A DNA stretch of 64,000 nucleotides, taken from an uncultured Acidobacteriota bacterium. GTDB taxonomy: Bacteria; Acidobacteriota; Vicinamibacteria; Vicinamibacterales; JAKQTR01. Position 1 is the stretch's first letter. Each line of letters begins with the position of its first letter. Where the stretch lies: contig CAWDWR010000003.1 of assembly GCA_963806085.1 (NCBI GenBank), forward strand, positions 943,498-1,007,497, given 5' to 3'. This document shows positions 23,901 through 36,540 of this stretch, piece after piece. The notes under the pieces were generated by a model. It was not told the DNA's origin, did not search any database, and saw only the letters and a list, made by a program, of their open reading frames with translations. The translations under genes were made by a program, and so were the position numbers.

Positions 23901-24545
23901 GTGCCGTTCAAGAAATCGGTCGTCCGCGAGTACTTCGAGACGATCGTCATCGCCGTCGTCCTCGCGCTGTTCATGCGGACGTTCGTCGTCCAGGCCTTCA
24001 AGATTCCCACCGGGTCGATGGAGCCGAACCTGCTCATCGGCGACCACCTGCTGGTCAACAAGTTCGTGTTCGCGCCGACACTTTCGAGCGTGGAGCGGGC
24101 GGTGCTGCCGGTCGCCGCCATCCGCCGCGGCGATATCGTCGTGTTCAAGTACCCGGAAGACCCCGAGCGCGACTTCATCAAGCGCGTCATCGGCCTCTCC
24201 GGCGAGACGATCGAGCTCCGGGACCACGTGATCCGCGTCAATGGGCGGGCGATCGAGGAGCCGTACGCCCATTACCTCCCGAGGCCGCAGGGCCTGGGCG
24301 GAGGCGAAATGACCTCGGACGACGTCCGGGACCGCTACGGCCCGGTGGTGGTGCCGGCGGGCTCCGTGTTCGTGATGGGCGACAACCGGGACAATTCGCA
24401 GGACTCAAGGTACTGGGGGTTCCTGCCGAAAGAGAACATCAAGGGGAAAGCCCTGATGATCTACTGGTCCTTCGACAGCAGCGAGGGCGGGCTGAACCTG
24501 TTCACCCAGACCCGCTGGGCACGACTCTTGCGTCAGATTCACTGA
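23901..24545 (+). CDS. lepB: Signal peptidase I
   Basis: GTG start 3 nt after the lepA stop. Motifs: IPTGSMEPNL, DFIKRVIGLSGE, GDNRDNSQDSRYWGF. Intact. Confidence 0.9.
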   Translation: MPFKKSVVREYFETIVIAVVLALFMRTFVVQAFKIPTGSMEPNLLIGDHLLVNKFVFAPTLSSVERAVLPVAAIRRGDIVVFKYPEDPERDFIKRVIGLSGETIELRDHVIRVNGRAIEEPYAHYLPRPQGLGGGEMTSDDVRDRYGPVVVPAGSVFVMGDNRDNSQDSRYWGFLPKENIKGKALMIYWSFDSSEGGLNLFTQTRWARLLRQIH

Positions 24546-24548
24546 GCC

Positions 24549-24911
24549 ATGGGACGCCTCTTCCGCCTCCTCGTCGTCGCGGCCATTGCTTGGACCGCCT
24601 GGCACGCCGGCATGGCTGCCTGGAACCAGTTCCGCTTCAGCGACGAGGTGGAGAAGATCGCGCAGTTCGGTCCCGACAAGGACTCCGCGTCGGTTCTGGA
24701 CGGCGGTCCTCGACGGCCGCGGCGCGCTACGACCTGCCGGTCACCGAGAAGGATGTCCGCCTGCGCCAGCAGGATCGGCCGGCCGAGCGTCTACATCGAC
24801 GTGAGCTACACGGTCAACATCGAGATCCTGCCCAGGTTCCGCTACCCGTGGACGTTCACGACGAGCGCCCACGGCTGGTTCGTGCCTGGCGGCCGCGCGC
24901 CGCTCAAGTAG
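24549..24911 (+). CDS. Hypothetical membrane-anchored protein, frameshifted internally
   Basis: N-terminal TM helix MGRLFRLLVVAAIAWTAW. The middle section reads better in a second frame (AARYDLPVTEKDVRL). The C-terminus VYIDVSYTVNIEILPRFRYPWTF is back in the first frame. Confidence 0.45.
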   Translation: MGRLFRLLVVAAIAWTAWHAGMAAWNQFRFSDEVEKIAQFGPDKDSASVLDGGPRRPRRATTCRSPRRMSACASRIGRPSVYIDVSYTVNIEILPRFRYPWTFTTSAHGWFVPGGRAPLK

Positions 24912-25038
24912 CGCCGGCACCCGCCACGACAGGCGCCCGCACGCTCCCTGGCCCAGCCGTACTCTGCGGAGCCACGGCCGGCGGGTGTTATGCTGGTTGG
25001 TCTGTGACCATCCACCTTCACCCTTACAGAGGTCCGCT

Positions 25039-26962
25039 ATGCGTCGAGTGACCGGAGCCGCCGCGATCCTGATCGCGTTCATCGTCACGCTCACGTTCGT
25101 CAACGCGGCCCCGCAGCAGCCCGGCGGCGGCTACGGCAACGCGTCGGCCATCACGGCCGACGAGCTCAGCACCTACCTTCATGTGCTGGCGTCCGACCAG
25201 CTCGAAGGGCGGAACACGCCATCGCGGGGGTACGACACCGCGTCGCTCTACATCGCCAGCCAGCTCAAGCAGTGGGGCGTGAAGCCGCTCGGCAGCACTA
25301 CGGGCACGAAGGGGCCGCTCCAGGCCTACTTCATGCCCATCGAACTGGTGAGCACCCAGCTGAACCCCGCGGGCATGAAACTCACGCTCACCGCGCCCAT
25401 GATCGTGGGACGGGGCGGGTTCGGCGGGTCTTCGATGGGCGGTCCGCGCACCTTCGAGTACGGGACCGAGTGGGCGCTCGGAGGCGGGGCGTTCGGCGGG
25501 TTCGGCGGCGGCCGGGGCGGCGGCGGGATGGCCGATCCGATCGACATCGCGGGCGCGCAGCTCGTCTTTGTCGGCAACGGCTACATCATCAACAAGACGA
25601 ACACGGACCCCTACAAGGGTCTCGACGTGAAGGGCAAGATTATGGTCGTGGCCGGCCTGCCCGCCGAACTCGCGGCGCTGCAGGCAGCGGGCCGTGGCGG
25701 CGGGCGTGGCGGCGCCACGCCGAACCCGCTCGGCGTCGAGAACACCGACTTCTTGACGCCGCAGGGCTACGCCGTGAAGAACGGCGCCCTCGGCATCGTC
25801 ATGATCCCGTCGTTCCAGCAACTGAGCGCCATGGCGGCGCCGGCGACGGGGCGGGCCGCGGGGCCGAACGGCCCGGCGTACCAGGTGGTCAGGTTCCAGG
25901 CGAACCGGCCGCCGTCGGTGCCGACGATCACCGCCGGCGTGGCGCTCACCAACGCCCTGTTCGTGGGCGAGAAGCTGACCGGCGCGCAGGTCTTCGAAGG
26001 CGCCGCGGCCGGCGCCAAGCTCGACTCCTTCGCCCTGAACGCGGAGAAGAAGATCGCGATTCAGACCGCGGTCACGAAGACCCCGGGCTCGACACAGAAC
26101 GTCGATCGGCATGGTCGAAGGCCGCGACCCGGTGCTCAAGAACGAGTTCGTCGTCATCTCCGCGCACCTGGATCACACGGGACTTGCCGCGGCGGCCCCC
26201 GGGGGCGACACCGTCAACAACGGCGCCGACGATGACGGATCAGGATCGGTGGCCGTGATGGCGATCGCGCGCGCCTACGCCCTCGGAGCGGCCAAGGGCA
26301 TCCGGCCCAAGCGCTCCATCATCTTCCTCTGGGTGACCGGAGAGGAAAAAGGGCTGTGGGGCTCGCAGTACTTCGCGCAGTTTCCGCCGGTCGACATCAC
26401 GAAGGTGGTGGCCGACCTCAACATCGACATGATCGGCCGCAGCAAGCCCCAGGGCTACACCGACCCGCCGTCGTACAGGCTGGTGGCGCCCGGCGAGGTG
26501 TTCGTGGTCGGTCCGAGGGTGAGCAGCGACGACATGGGCGCGATTGTCGCGCGCGTGGCCGCTGAGGTCGGCAAGCTGAAGATCAACGACTTCTACGACA
26601 CCACGGCGCCCGACGCGACGCACGACAACGCGGGGCCGCAGCCCAATGGCCAGCGGATCTTCTACCGCAGCGACCACTACAACTTCGCCAAGGTCGGCAT
26701 CCCGGTGGCGTTCTACACGACGGGCCTCCACCCCGACTATCACCGGCCATCCGACAGCCCGGACAAGATCGACTACCCGTCGATGGAGACCATCACCAGG
26801 AACATCGCGGCGGCGGCCTGGGTGATCGGCAACGCGGCGGGCCGGCCGAAGCTGAACGCCAAGCTGCCGGACATGCTGGTGAACGACATGAAGGCTGCGC
26901 AGGCGGCCGGCTGGGGCACGCTGACGCCGGTGATTCCGCCACTGCCCACGACGCCGTTTTAG
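25039..26962 (+). CDS. Secreted M28-family metallopeptidase with N-terminal PA-like region, one frameshift in this assembly
   Basis: A signal peptide is present. Motifs: SAHLDH, GADDDGSGS, VTGEEKGLWGS, DMIG, RSDHYNF. Frame change near 26100. Confidence 0.8.
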
Positions 26963-27078
26963 GAAGAAGCCAGAAGCCAGAAGCCAGAAGCCAGAAGAAG
27001 ATCCACCGGTGTAGCTCTGTCGTTCTTCTTGCTTCTGGCAATCGTCAGTAGGCCCTGCTCTGGATTCTGGCTTCTTCC
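26962..27078. repeat. Heptad-repeat compound hairpin filling the peptidase / hutI convergent spacer
   Basis: (CCAGAAG)x4 lies at 26970-26997. The outer stem pairs GGAAGAAGCCAGAAGCCAG (26962-26980) with CTGGATTCTGGCTTCTTCC (27060-27078) at 18/19 positions. The inner right arm is CTTCTTGCTTCTGG (27025-27038). The element touches both stop codons. Confidence 0.8.
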
Positions 27079-28320
27079 TCAGCAGACCTCGCCCTTTTTG
27101 ACCACCGCCCGAATCGCGGGAACGCCTACCTTCAGCAGGTCCACCGCCTCGCCGTCGAGGATGACGGCGTCGAGCTGCTTGCCGGCCTCGAGGCTGCCGA
27201 CCCGATCGTGACGGTCGATGGCGTAGGCGGCATTGATGGTCGACGCGACCAGCGCTTCTTCCAGCGTCATCCGCATGGCGAAGCAGGCGAGCGCCATCGC
27301 GAAGGGCATCGAGGGAGAGAACCCGCCGCCCGGATTGAGGTCGGTGGCGAGGGCCACCGGCACGCCGCCCTCGATGAGCTCGCGCGCCGGCGCGAAGCGG
27401 CCCAGCTTCAGGTAGAACGCGGCGATGGGCAGCAGCGTCGCGACCACGCCAGCGTCCTTCATCGCGTGGATGCCGCGCGACGCCGACGTACAGCAGGTGG
27501 TCCGCCGACCGCGCGCCCACCTTCGCGGCCACGAGGGACCCGCCGCTTTCCGCCAGTTCGTCGGCGTGGATGCGCGGCTTGAGGCCGTGCCGCTTGCCGG
27601 CCTCGAGGATCTCCTCGGCTTCGTCGGGCGTGAAGACGCCGGTCTCGCAGAAGACGTCGCACCACTCGGCGAGGCCGTCCCGCGCCGCAGCCGGGATCAT
27701 CTGGCGCACGAGCTGGTCGATGTAGAACCGCCGGTTCGCCCGGTGCTCGATCGGGATCTCGTGGGCGCCCATGAAGGTCGGCACGAGCTCGACGGGCTGT
27801 TCCGCGTTCAGGCGGCGGATGACGCGCAGCATCTTCAGCTCGGCGTCGGCCTGGAGGCCGTACCCGCTCTTGGCCTCGCACGTCGTGGTGCCGCAGCGGA
27901 GCATCTGGTCGAGGCGCGCGCGCGTCGCGGCAGCCAGCTCGTCCTCGGTGGCGTCGCGCGTCGCGCGGACCGTGGAGAGGATGCCGCCGCCTTCGGCGGC
28001 AATCTCGGCATAGGTGGCGCCGGCCAGGCGGCGGCGGAGTTCCTCGCGGCGATCGCCGCCGAAGACGACGTGCGTGTGCGGATCCACGAAACCCGGCACG
28101 ACCGTGCAGCCCGAGGCGTCGATCACCGTGGCGCCCGGACGCCGGCGGGCACAGCCGGTCGGCGTCGGCGGCCGGCCCGACGAAGGTGATGACGCCGTCG
28201 GCGGCGACAATCGACGCGCCGCGAATCGGGCGGGCATCCGCCTGCGCAGGGCCGCACTTGGGTGCGCCGCCGGCGCAGGTGAACACGACCCTGGCGTTGC
28301 GGATGAGCGTGCAGCGGCAT
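27079..28320 (-). CDS. hutI: Imidazolonepropionase HutI, frameshifted in this assembly
   Basis: Motifs: PGFVDPHTHVVFGG, CEAKSGYG, RIHADEL, ALATDLNPGG. Pieces lie in three frames. Confidence 0.85.
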
Positions 28321-28331
28321 GACGGGCCGCG

Positions 28332-28907
28332 CTAGCCGCGGCGCTCGATGACGACCGGGCCGTCGTCTTTGCGCTCCTGGCTCCACCCCGGCATCACCTC
28401 GCGCGAGTCGGTGATGCGCGGCCGGTGCAGGAGGATCTTCTCGTCGCGGTCGCGCGCGTCCTGCTCGCGGACGAAGTCGAGCGTGTTCTTGAGCGACGCG
28501 ATCACCGCCTCGACGGAGTTCTCGACCTCGCGGCGCTTCAGGCGGAGGCCGTCGATCTCGCGCTGGACGTCCTCGTAGCGCGCCTGCGCCTTCTCGAGGA
28601 TGAGGCTCGCGCGCGACTCGGCGTCCTTGATGATCGTCGCGGCCTGCTTGTGCGCGTTGTCGCTGATCTCGTCGGCCAGGCGCTGCGCGGTCATCAGCGT
28701 GTTGCGGAGGTTGCGCTCGTGCTCGCGGTGCTCGTTCACCAGCCCTTCGAGCCGCGTCACCTCCTGTCGCAGGCGCTCCGCCTCGCGGATGGCCTCCGCG
28801 TAGTCGTCGGCCGCCTCGGCCAGGAACGCGGTGACCTCGTCCTTGTCGAAGCCGCGCATCGACGAGCGGAACTGCTGCTGGCGGAGATCGAGTGGCGTGA
28901 CGTTCAT
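28332..28907 (-). CDS. DivIVA-domain protein
   Basis: MNVTPLDLRQQQFRSSMRGFDKDEVTAFL followed by coiled coil. Intact. It lies next to yggS, as in many bacteria. Confidence 0.8.
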   Translation of the reverse strand: MNVTPLDLRQQQFRSSMRGFDKDEVTAFLAEAADDYAEAIREAERLRQEVTRLEGLVNEHREHERNLRNTLMTAQRLADEISDNAHKQAATIIKDAESRASLILEKAQARYEDVQREIDGLRLKRREVENSVEAVIASLKNTLDFVREQDARDRDEKILLHRPRITDSREVMPGWSQERKDDGPVVIERRG

Positions 28908-28947
28908 GTTCGGCTCCTGCGTCCCTTCGCCGGCCAACCGCGCGGCC

Positions 28948-29655
<708 letters not shown>

Positions 29656-29661
29656 GCCGGC

Positions 29662-30641
29662 CTACTTCTTGATGCTGCGACAGGATGCCCTTCGCCGTCG
29701 CCGCGAACTGGCCGGTCGGGGCCAGCTCCAGGTACTTCTCGAACATCGGCACCGCTTCGGCCATCTTGTTCTGGTTCACGTAAGCCATGCCGAGCTGGTA
29801 GTGCGCGTCGGCATGGTCCGGCTTCATGAAGATGACCTTCTGGAAGTGCTCCGCGGCCTCGGCGATCTTGCCGGCGTTCCAGACGATGACGCCCTGGTTG
29901 TACTCGGCGTCCACGCCGCCGGAGCCGCCCGCGCCGCCCGGACCCGCCGCGCCGGCCAGTTCGACGGCCTTGGTGCTGGCCTCCTGCGGCCTTGTCGAAC
30001 TTCTTCTGGGCGTTGTACACCGTCGCCAGCCCGTTGTAGGCCTCGACGTAGTTCGCCTTCAGCTCGATGGCCTTGAGGAACGCCGCCTCAGCCTGGTCGT
30101 ACTCCTTCTTCTGGGAGTGGTTGAATCCGATGTTGTAGAAGCAGTCGTAGCAGCCCGGGACCATGCCGGACGCCTCGGTGAACTTGGCGATCGCCTCGTC
30201 GTACTTGCCGTCCTTGCTGAGGCTCACGCCCTCCTCGAACACCGTCTTCAGGGCCGCGGCCTTGGCGGCGTCTTCCTTCGGTCACGCCGGTGGCGGCGCC
30301 GAGCTTGAACTCGAGCTTCGTCGGGTCGCCGAGGCGGACGCGGACCGGGAACGCTCTGCTCGCCCAGCTTCTCGAACGACGCGGTGACCTTGTAGTTGCC
30401 CGGGGCCAGGCCGATCTGGATGAACTCGCCCTTCTTGTTGGTCTTGACCTCGTACTTGCGGTTGATGCCGTCGGTGAACTCGATGGTGACGACGGCCTTC
30501 TCGAGCGGCTTGCCGGCGACATCGGTGACCTTGCCCTGCAGGGCGCCGGTCTGGGCCTGGCCGGGCGACGCGAACAGGAGGACCGCACAGGCCATCGAGG
30601 GCCAGCATGAACAGGTTGCGGCCGGAAATCAGGCGAAACAT
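29662..30641 (-). CDS. Secreted carboxypeptidase-regulatory-like domain plus TPR repeat protein, frameshifted in this assembly
   Basis: A signal peptide MFRLISGRNLFML is present. Also GALQGKVTDVAGKPLEKAVV..GNYKV. TPR units include AIAKFTEA..CYDCFYNIGF, AEAAFLKAIELKANYVEAY, ADAHYQLGMAYVNQNKMAEA. Confidence 0.6.
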
Positions 30642-30746
30642 TGGCACTCCTCTATAGGGGAGACGAACCGGATGATGAAGACAACTACGCTCGATCGGCA
30701 CCTCGCCGATCGTGGCTAGTCTACACCCAAACCGCGGAGCCTGTGA

Positions 30747-32752
30747 TCACCGGCCGGGCGAATCCACGGCGAAAAACCGGTCGATGTCGGCCGGATCATC
30801 GCTCACCGGGGCCGGCGGCAGCGATGCCAGGAAACGCCGCCCGTACGGCATCGTCCTGATGCGCGGATCGAGGACGGCCAGCACCCCGCGGTCCCGCCGG
30901 TGCCGGATGAGCCGGCCGAGGCCCTGCAGCAGCGTGAGGATGGCCAGCGGCACCTGGAGGTCGGCGAAGCCGTCGCCGCCCCTCGCCGCGATGGCCTCGA
31001 CCCGGGCAGCGACCACCGGGTCGCCGGGCGACGCGAATGGCAGGCGGTCGATGATGACGCAGCTCAGGGCGTCGCCGACCACGTCGACGCCCTGCCAGAA
31101 GCTCGACGTCGCCAGCAGCACCGCGTGCGGCGTCGACCGGAACTGCGCGAGCAGCGCCGACCGCGGCGCGCTGCCCTGCACGAGCAGCGGGTACTCGAGC
31201 GCACCGGCGAGCGTCGCCTGCACCGCGCGCAGCACGGCGTAGCTCGTGAAGAGCACGAACGCGCGGCCCTGCGTCCGCCGCAGGATGTCGAGGACCTCGC
31301 GCCCGGCCGCAGGCGCGAAGTCGGCCGTCTTCGGTGACGGCATCCGCGCCGGCAGGTACAGCAGCGCCTGCGACGCGAAGTCGAACTCGGACGCCAGCCG
31401 GAGCTCCTCGCAGCGCTCGATGCCCAGCCGGCTGCGGATGTAGGTGAACGACCCTTCGACGGCCAGCGTGGCCGAGGTCAGCACGGTGGCCGCGAAGCGA
31501 TCGAGCAGCAGGTTGCGCACGAGCGAGGACACGTTGATGGGCGCGGCCCGCAGGAAGACGCCGCGGCCCCGCTGCTCGAGGTAGTAGACGTAGTCGCGGT
31601 CGTTGGCCTGCGAGCAGGAAGCGCAGTTCGTCGCGGATCTCCGCCGCGCGCCGTCCGATGGCCCGCAGATCCTCGGTCGCATCCTTGACCAGGGCGACGA
31701 TGGCCTCGAGGGCGTCGAGGGCGTCGAGACGGCCGCCCCAGGCTCCTGCCCCGGCTCCAGATCGCGGCGCCGTCACGCGCACGCGGTCGTCGCTCGCCGG
31801 CGGCGCGCCGCCCCCGGGCCCCGGCGGGCCTGACCTGCCCGAGCGCCGCGAAGAAGAGCCGGGCCCGCTCGTCGACGCGCGCCATGGCCCGGCCGAGCTC
31901 GCCGTTGTTGTCGGCGACGACGCCGGCCGCCAGCACGCGGTCGACGTCGCGCACGAGCTCGGTGACGCGGAAGTTGCTGACGGAGAACCCGAAGTACTGC
32001 GTTGCCACGTCCTCGAGCTGGTGGGCCTCGTCGATCACGGAGTACGCGCACTCGGGGATCACCTCGCCGTACGAGCCCTGGCGCACGGCGGCATCGGCGC
32101 ACAGCAGATGGTGATTGACGATGACCACGTCGGACGCGGCGGCGCGCTGGCGCATGCGCGTGACGAAGCAGTCGTCGAACTCCGGGCACTCCGACCCGAC
32201 GCAGTTCTCGTTGGTGGCGGCGATGCCCGCCCAGAACGGCACGTCTTCGGGCAGGTCGGCCAGCTCGGCGCGGTCGCCGGTGGCTGTCGCGGCCGCCCAG
32301 TCGTCGACCATCTCGAGGTACACGCGGTCCGCCGGCGAACCGGCCTCGATGTCGTCGCGCAGCGCGGCGAACCGGCGGAGGCAAAGGTAGTTGCCGCGGC
32401 CCTTCATGCACGTGGCCGTGAACGGCACGCCGAGGGCCTCGCGCAGCAGGGGGACGTCCTTGAAGTAGATCTGCTCCTGCAGGTTCTTCGTGCCGGTCGA
32501 CACGAGCACGCGATGGCCGCTGAGGATGGCCGGCGTCAGGTACGCGAGCGTCTTCCCCGTGCCGGTCCCCGCCTCGGCGAGGAGGACGCCGCCCCGGCCG
32601 AAGACGCGCGCGACGGCCGCGGCCATGTCCCGCTGCCCGGGCCGCGGCTCGAACTCGGGGACCGCCCGCGTGAGGGGGCCGTCGTCCGCGAAGACGCGCT
32701 CGACGAGCGCGTCTAGATCAGCTTGTCCGCGTACAGCGGGAACGTCCGGCAC
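30747..32752 (-). CDS. dinG: DinG-family ATP-dependent DNA helicase (Rad3-like, Fe-S type), frameshifted in this assembly
   Basis: Walker A is [14 protein letters not shown] and the DEAH box is [10 protein letters not shown]. The Cys cluster reads [22 protein letters not shown]. The C-terminus is [26 protein letters not shown]. Confidence 0.8.
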
Positions 32753-33982
32753 AGGGCTTCCACTTCGGCGCGCACCATCGACTGCACGCGCTCGTCCTCG
32801 GGAGCGGCCAGCACCCGGGCGATGAGCTCCCCGATCTGGGCCATCTCGGCCTCACCCATACCGCGCGTCGTCACGGCCGGCGTCCCGATGCGGATGCCGC
32901 TGGCTTTGAGCGGCGGGTTCTGATCGAAGGGGATGGTGTTCTGGTTCACCGTGATGCCGGCCTTCCCGAGGGCCGTGGTGGCGTCCTTGCCCGTCAGGCC
33001 CTTGGAGAACACGTCGACGAGCATCAGGTGATTGTCGGTGCCGCCTGACACGAGCCGGAACCCGTGCGACGCGATCGTGGCGGCCAGCGTCCTGGCGTTC
33101 GCGACGATCTGCCGCTGGTACGCCGCGAAGGTGGGCTCGAGCGCCTCCTTGAAGCACACGGCCTTCGCCGCGATGATGTGGACCAGCGGCCCGCCCTGCA
33201 CGCCCGGGAAGACCGACCGGTCGAGATCCTTCGCCCACTTCTCCTTGCACAGCACCAGGCCCGCTCTCGGCCCGCGCAGGGTCTTGTGCGTGGTGGTCGT
33301 GACGAAATCCGAGTCGGGCACGGGGCTCGGGTGGACGCCGCCCGCCACCAGGCCGGCGATGTGCGCCATGTCGGTGACCATCGCGGCGCCGCACTGGTCG
33401 GCGATTCCGCGGATCCGGCCGAAGTCGATGACGCGCGGGTAGGCGCTCGCGCCCACCATGATCATCTTCGGCTTGTGCTGGTCGGCCAGGCGCTCCAGTC
33501 TCGTCGTAGTCGAGGCGTTCGTCGTCCTGGCGGACGCCGTAGGGCACGATGGTGTAGAGCTTGCCCGAGAAGTTGAGCGGGTGGCCGTGCGTGAGGTGGC
33601 CGCCGTGCGACAGGTTCATGCCCAGCACCGTGTCGCCGGGCTTGAGCAGCGTGAAGTACACCGCCATGTTCGCCTGGGCGCCCGAGTGCGGCTGCACGTT
33701 CGCGTGATCGGCCCCGAACAGGGCCTTGGCCCGATCGATCGCGAGGCGCTCGACGACGTCGGTGAACTCGCAGCCGCCGTAGTAGCGCCGGCCAGGATAG
33801 CCTTCGGCGTACTTGTTCGTGAAGACGGAACCGGCGGCCTCGAGCACCGCGTTGCTCACGAAGTTCTCCGACGCGATCAGTTCGAGCCCGGTGGCCTGGC
33901 GCCGGACCTCGTCACGGATGGCCGCGGCGATCTCCGGGTCGGCGTCACGCAGGCTGCGGCGGTGGGCGACGGTGTGATCCAT
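32713..33982 (-). CDS. glyA: Serine hydroxymethyltransferase, one frameshift in this assembly
   Basis: Motifs: [38 protein letters not shown]. Frame change near 33470. Confidence 0.92.
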
Positions 33983-33984
33983 GG

Positions 33985-34428
33985 CTACCTGTCCTTGCAT
34001 TCGAGGCGGGCGATCTTGGCGAGACGGGCGTCGTGGCGTCCGCCTTCGTACTCGCTGGTGAGGAACGCGCGCACGATGGGTTCGACCTCGGCGGCGGGCG
34101 TCGTGCGCCCGCCGAGCGTCAGAATCGTGCGCGTTGTTGTGCGCGCGGCCAGGTGCGCGGTGGCCGCGTTCCAGACGAGCCCTGCGCGGATGCCCGGGAT
34201 CTTGTTCGCGGCGATGACCATGCCGATGCCCGTGCCGCACACCAGGATGCCGCGATCGGCGCGGCCGTCGAGGATCACCCCGGCGGCGGACCGCCGCGAA
34301 GTCCGGGTAGTCGACGAGGCGGCCGACGAAGCGTCCCGACGTCCTCGCACGGGACGCCCAGCCTGTCGAGCAGCGCCTTGATGGTGTTCCTTGAGGACGA
34401 ATCCGGCGTGATCGGAACCGATGAGCAA
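33985..34428 (-). CDS. rpiB: Ribose-5-phosphate isomerase B, frameshifted in this assembly
   Basis: Motifs: [48 protein letters not shown]. Confidence 0.8.
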   Translation of the reverse strand: MLIGSDHAGFVLKEHHQGAARQAGRPVRGRRDASSAASSTTRTSRRSAAGVILDGRADRGILVCGTGIGMVIAANKIPGIRAGLVWNAATAHLAARTTTRTILTLGGRTTPAAEVEPIVRAFLTSEYEGGRHDARLAKIARLECKDR

Positions 34429-34535
34429 CGCGCACGACGGGAATTCTACTCGATTTCCCGGGCCGGATTCCGCATGATGGAGGGGCGCGGCCGGCGGGCG
34501 CGCCGCGCATTGCGGCCCGAAAGAGCAGGCGTATC

Positions 34536-35713
34536 GTGACTACGACAGCCGAACCCAAGGTCGTCATCAGCGGGCGCGGCGAGGAGCGCGTGCGGGGCGG
34601 TCATCCGTGGATCTACCAGACCGACGTCGCCGACGTCAGCGCCTCCGGCGGCGACACGGTGGTCGTCCACAACCCGCGCGGGCGCATCGTGGGCCACGCG
34701 CTTTCAGCGACAGGTCTCAGATCGCCCTGCGCATGCTGACCATTGGCGAGGCGCACGGCGGGACTCGACCTGTGGCGTTCGCGCCTCGCGTCCGCCATCG
34801 CGTTCCGCCGCTCGCTCGACATCGACGCGACCGCGTGCAGGCTCGTGCACGGCGAGGGCGACCTGTTGCCGTCGCTGATCGTCGATCAGTACGGCGAGTA
34901 CCTCGTCGTGCAGGCCCTCTCCCAGGGCGTCGACCGCCTGCTGCCCGAGATCGTGGGATTGCTCGCCGACCAGGTGAAGCCGGCCGGCGTGCTCGCGCGC
35001 AACGACGTGCGCGTCAGGCTGCTGGAAGGGCTCGCATCGTCGGTCTCGCTCCTGCACGGCGAGGTGCCGGACGTGGTGCACGTGCGCGAGGGACGCACCG
35101 ATCACGAGGTCGATCTGTGGCACGGGCAGAAGACCGGCCTCTTCCTCGACCAGCGCGAGAACCGCGTCGCCGCCCGCGCCTACGCCCGGGGCCGGATGCT
35201 CGACTGTTTCAGCTACCACGGCGCCTTCGCCCTGCAGCTCGCCGACCGCTGCGAGTCGGTCGTGGCCCTCGACGTGTCGGAAGAGGCCGTGGGCCGCATC
35301 CGCAGCAACGCAGCGCGCAACGGGATCGCCAACGTCGAGGCGCGGCTCGCCAACGTGTTCGACGCGCTGAGGCAGATGGAACGCGACCGCGAGCGCTTCG
35401 ACACCATCGTGCTCGACCCGCCCGCCTTCGCGAAGAGCAAGGACGCCGTCGAGAAGGCCTGGGCCGGCTACAAGGAGATCAACCTCCGCGCGATGAAGCT
35501 GCTCAGCCCCGGCGGCGTGCTCGTCACCTGCACGTGCTCCTATCACGTCGACGAAGCCTCGTTCGGCCAGATCGTCTACGAGGCGTCGATCGACGCCCGC
35601 GCGCGCATGGCGGTGCGTCGAGAAGCGAATGCAGTCGCGCGATCACCCCGTCGTGCTCGGGCGTGCCGGAGACCTACTACCTGAAGTGCTTCATCCTGCG
35701 GAAGCTCTCATAG
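34536..35713 (+). CDS. rlmI: RlmI-like class I SAM-dependent 23S rRNA m5C methyltransferase, frameshifted in this assembly
   Basis: The N-terminus [10 protein letters not shown] is PUA-like. Also [18 protein letters not shown] and [12 protein letters not shown]. The C-terminus is restored in another frame as [16 protein letters not shown]. Confidence 0.75.
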
Positions 35714-35828
35714 GACCGGTTTCATCACCTGCGTGCGGCGGCTCGACCCCGCCCGCAAGAACGGGTGATGACACCGCCTCCGGGGCGCGGCCGGCTAATC
35801 GCGGTGCGCAGGCCGAAAATGGAACCTG

Positions 35829-36459
35829 TCACCTTTTCGGCGCGGCGGGCGGCGGCACGATCTGGATCACGGTGGGAAAGAACGCGGGCGCGGCACCGGG
35901 CCTCGGGTTCATGTAGCCGGGCGACCCGCCCCACGTGTAGTCCTTCACCGTGACGCCCGGCGGAAACGCCACGTCCGTTTCCTTGAACTTGCCGACCTCG
36001 AACATGTGCGTGGCCGGCGCGTCGAACACCAGCTCGCCGCGGTCCTTGAGCGCCGTCCGGTAATAGGTCACCACGTCGGCAAAGCTCTGCGCCGAGCCGT
36101 AGAGGCAGTACGTCTGGCCCATACCGGCGTCGTACGACGCCGAGGTACTGCGCCCCGGCCAGGACCGGCGCGCCCTGGCTGCACGCAACCGGAGCGACTT
36201 CCGGCGCGCTGACCGGGGCAGCGGGCTGCGCCGGGGACGGCTGCGCGGCCGCCGGTGCCGACTGGGGTTTCGCAGTCTGCTGCTGGGGCGGAGCGGGCGT
36301 GGGGGTCGTCGCCGTGGCCGGCTTCGGCGGCAGTTTCGACGCCGGTGCGGGCGGCGGCGGCTGAGGGCGCGCCACGGGGGGCTGGGCCTGCGCGGCAGAC
36401 ACCGACAGCACCGCCACCAGCGCCGCCACGATCGACACCGCCTCGAGAATCCGCCGCAT
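35829..36459 (-). CDS. Secreted proline-rich protein, function unknown, one frameshift
   Basis: A signal peptide MRRILEAVSIVAALVAVLSVSAAQA is followed by a Pro/Ala/Gln-rich linker. A globular C-terminus in a second frame reads GQTYCLYGSAQSFADVVTYYRTAL. Confidence 0.5.
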
Positions 36460-36472
36460 GAGGGCATTATAT

Positions 36473-36507
36473 AGGGACTAGGGCCTAGGCGCTGGGCGCT
36501 AGTCCCT
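36473..36507. repeat. Short heptad-periodic hairpin in a divergent promoter region
   Basis: A 9-bp stem AGGGACTAG/CTAGTCCCT flanks the heptads gggacta gggccta ggcgctg ggcgcta. Confidence 0.55.
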
Positions 36508-36540
36508 CGCACCTCCGCGCGAGCGCCAGACCGGGAAGCG

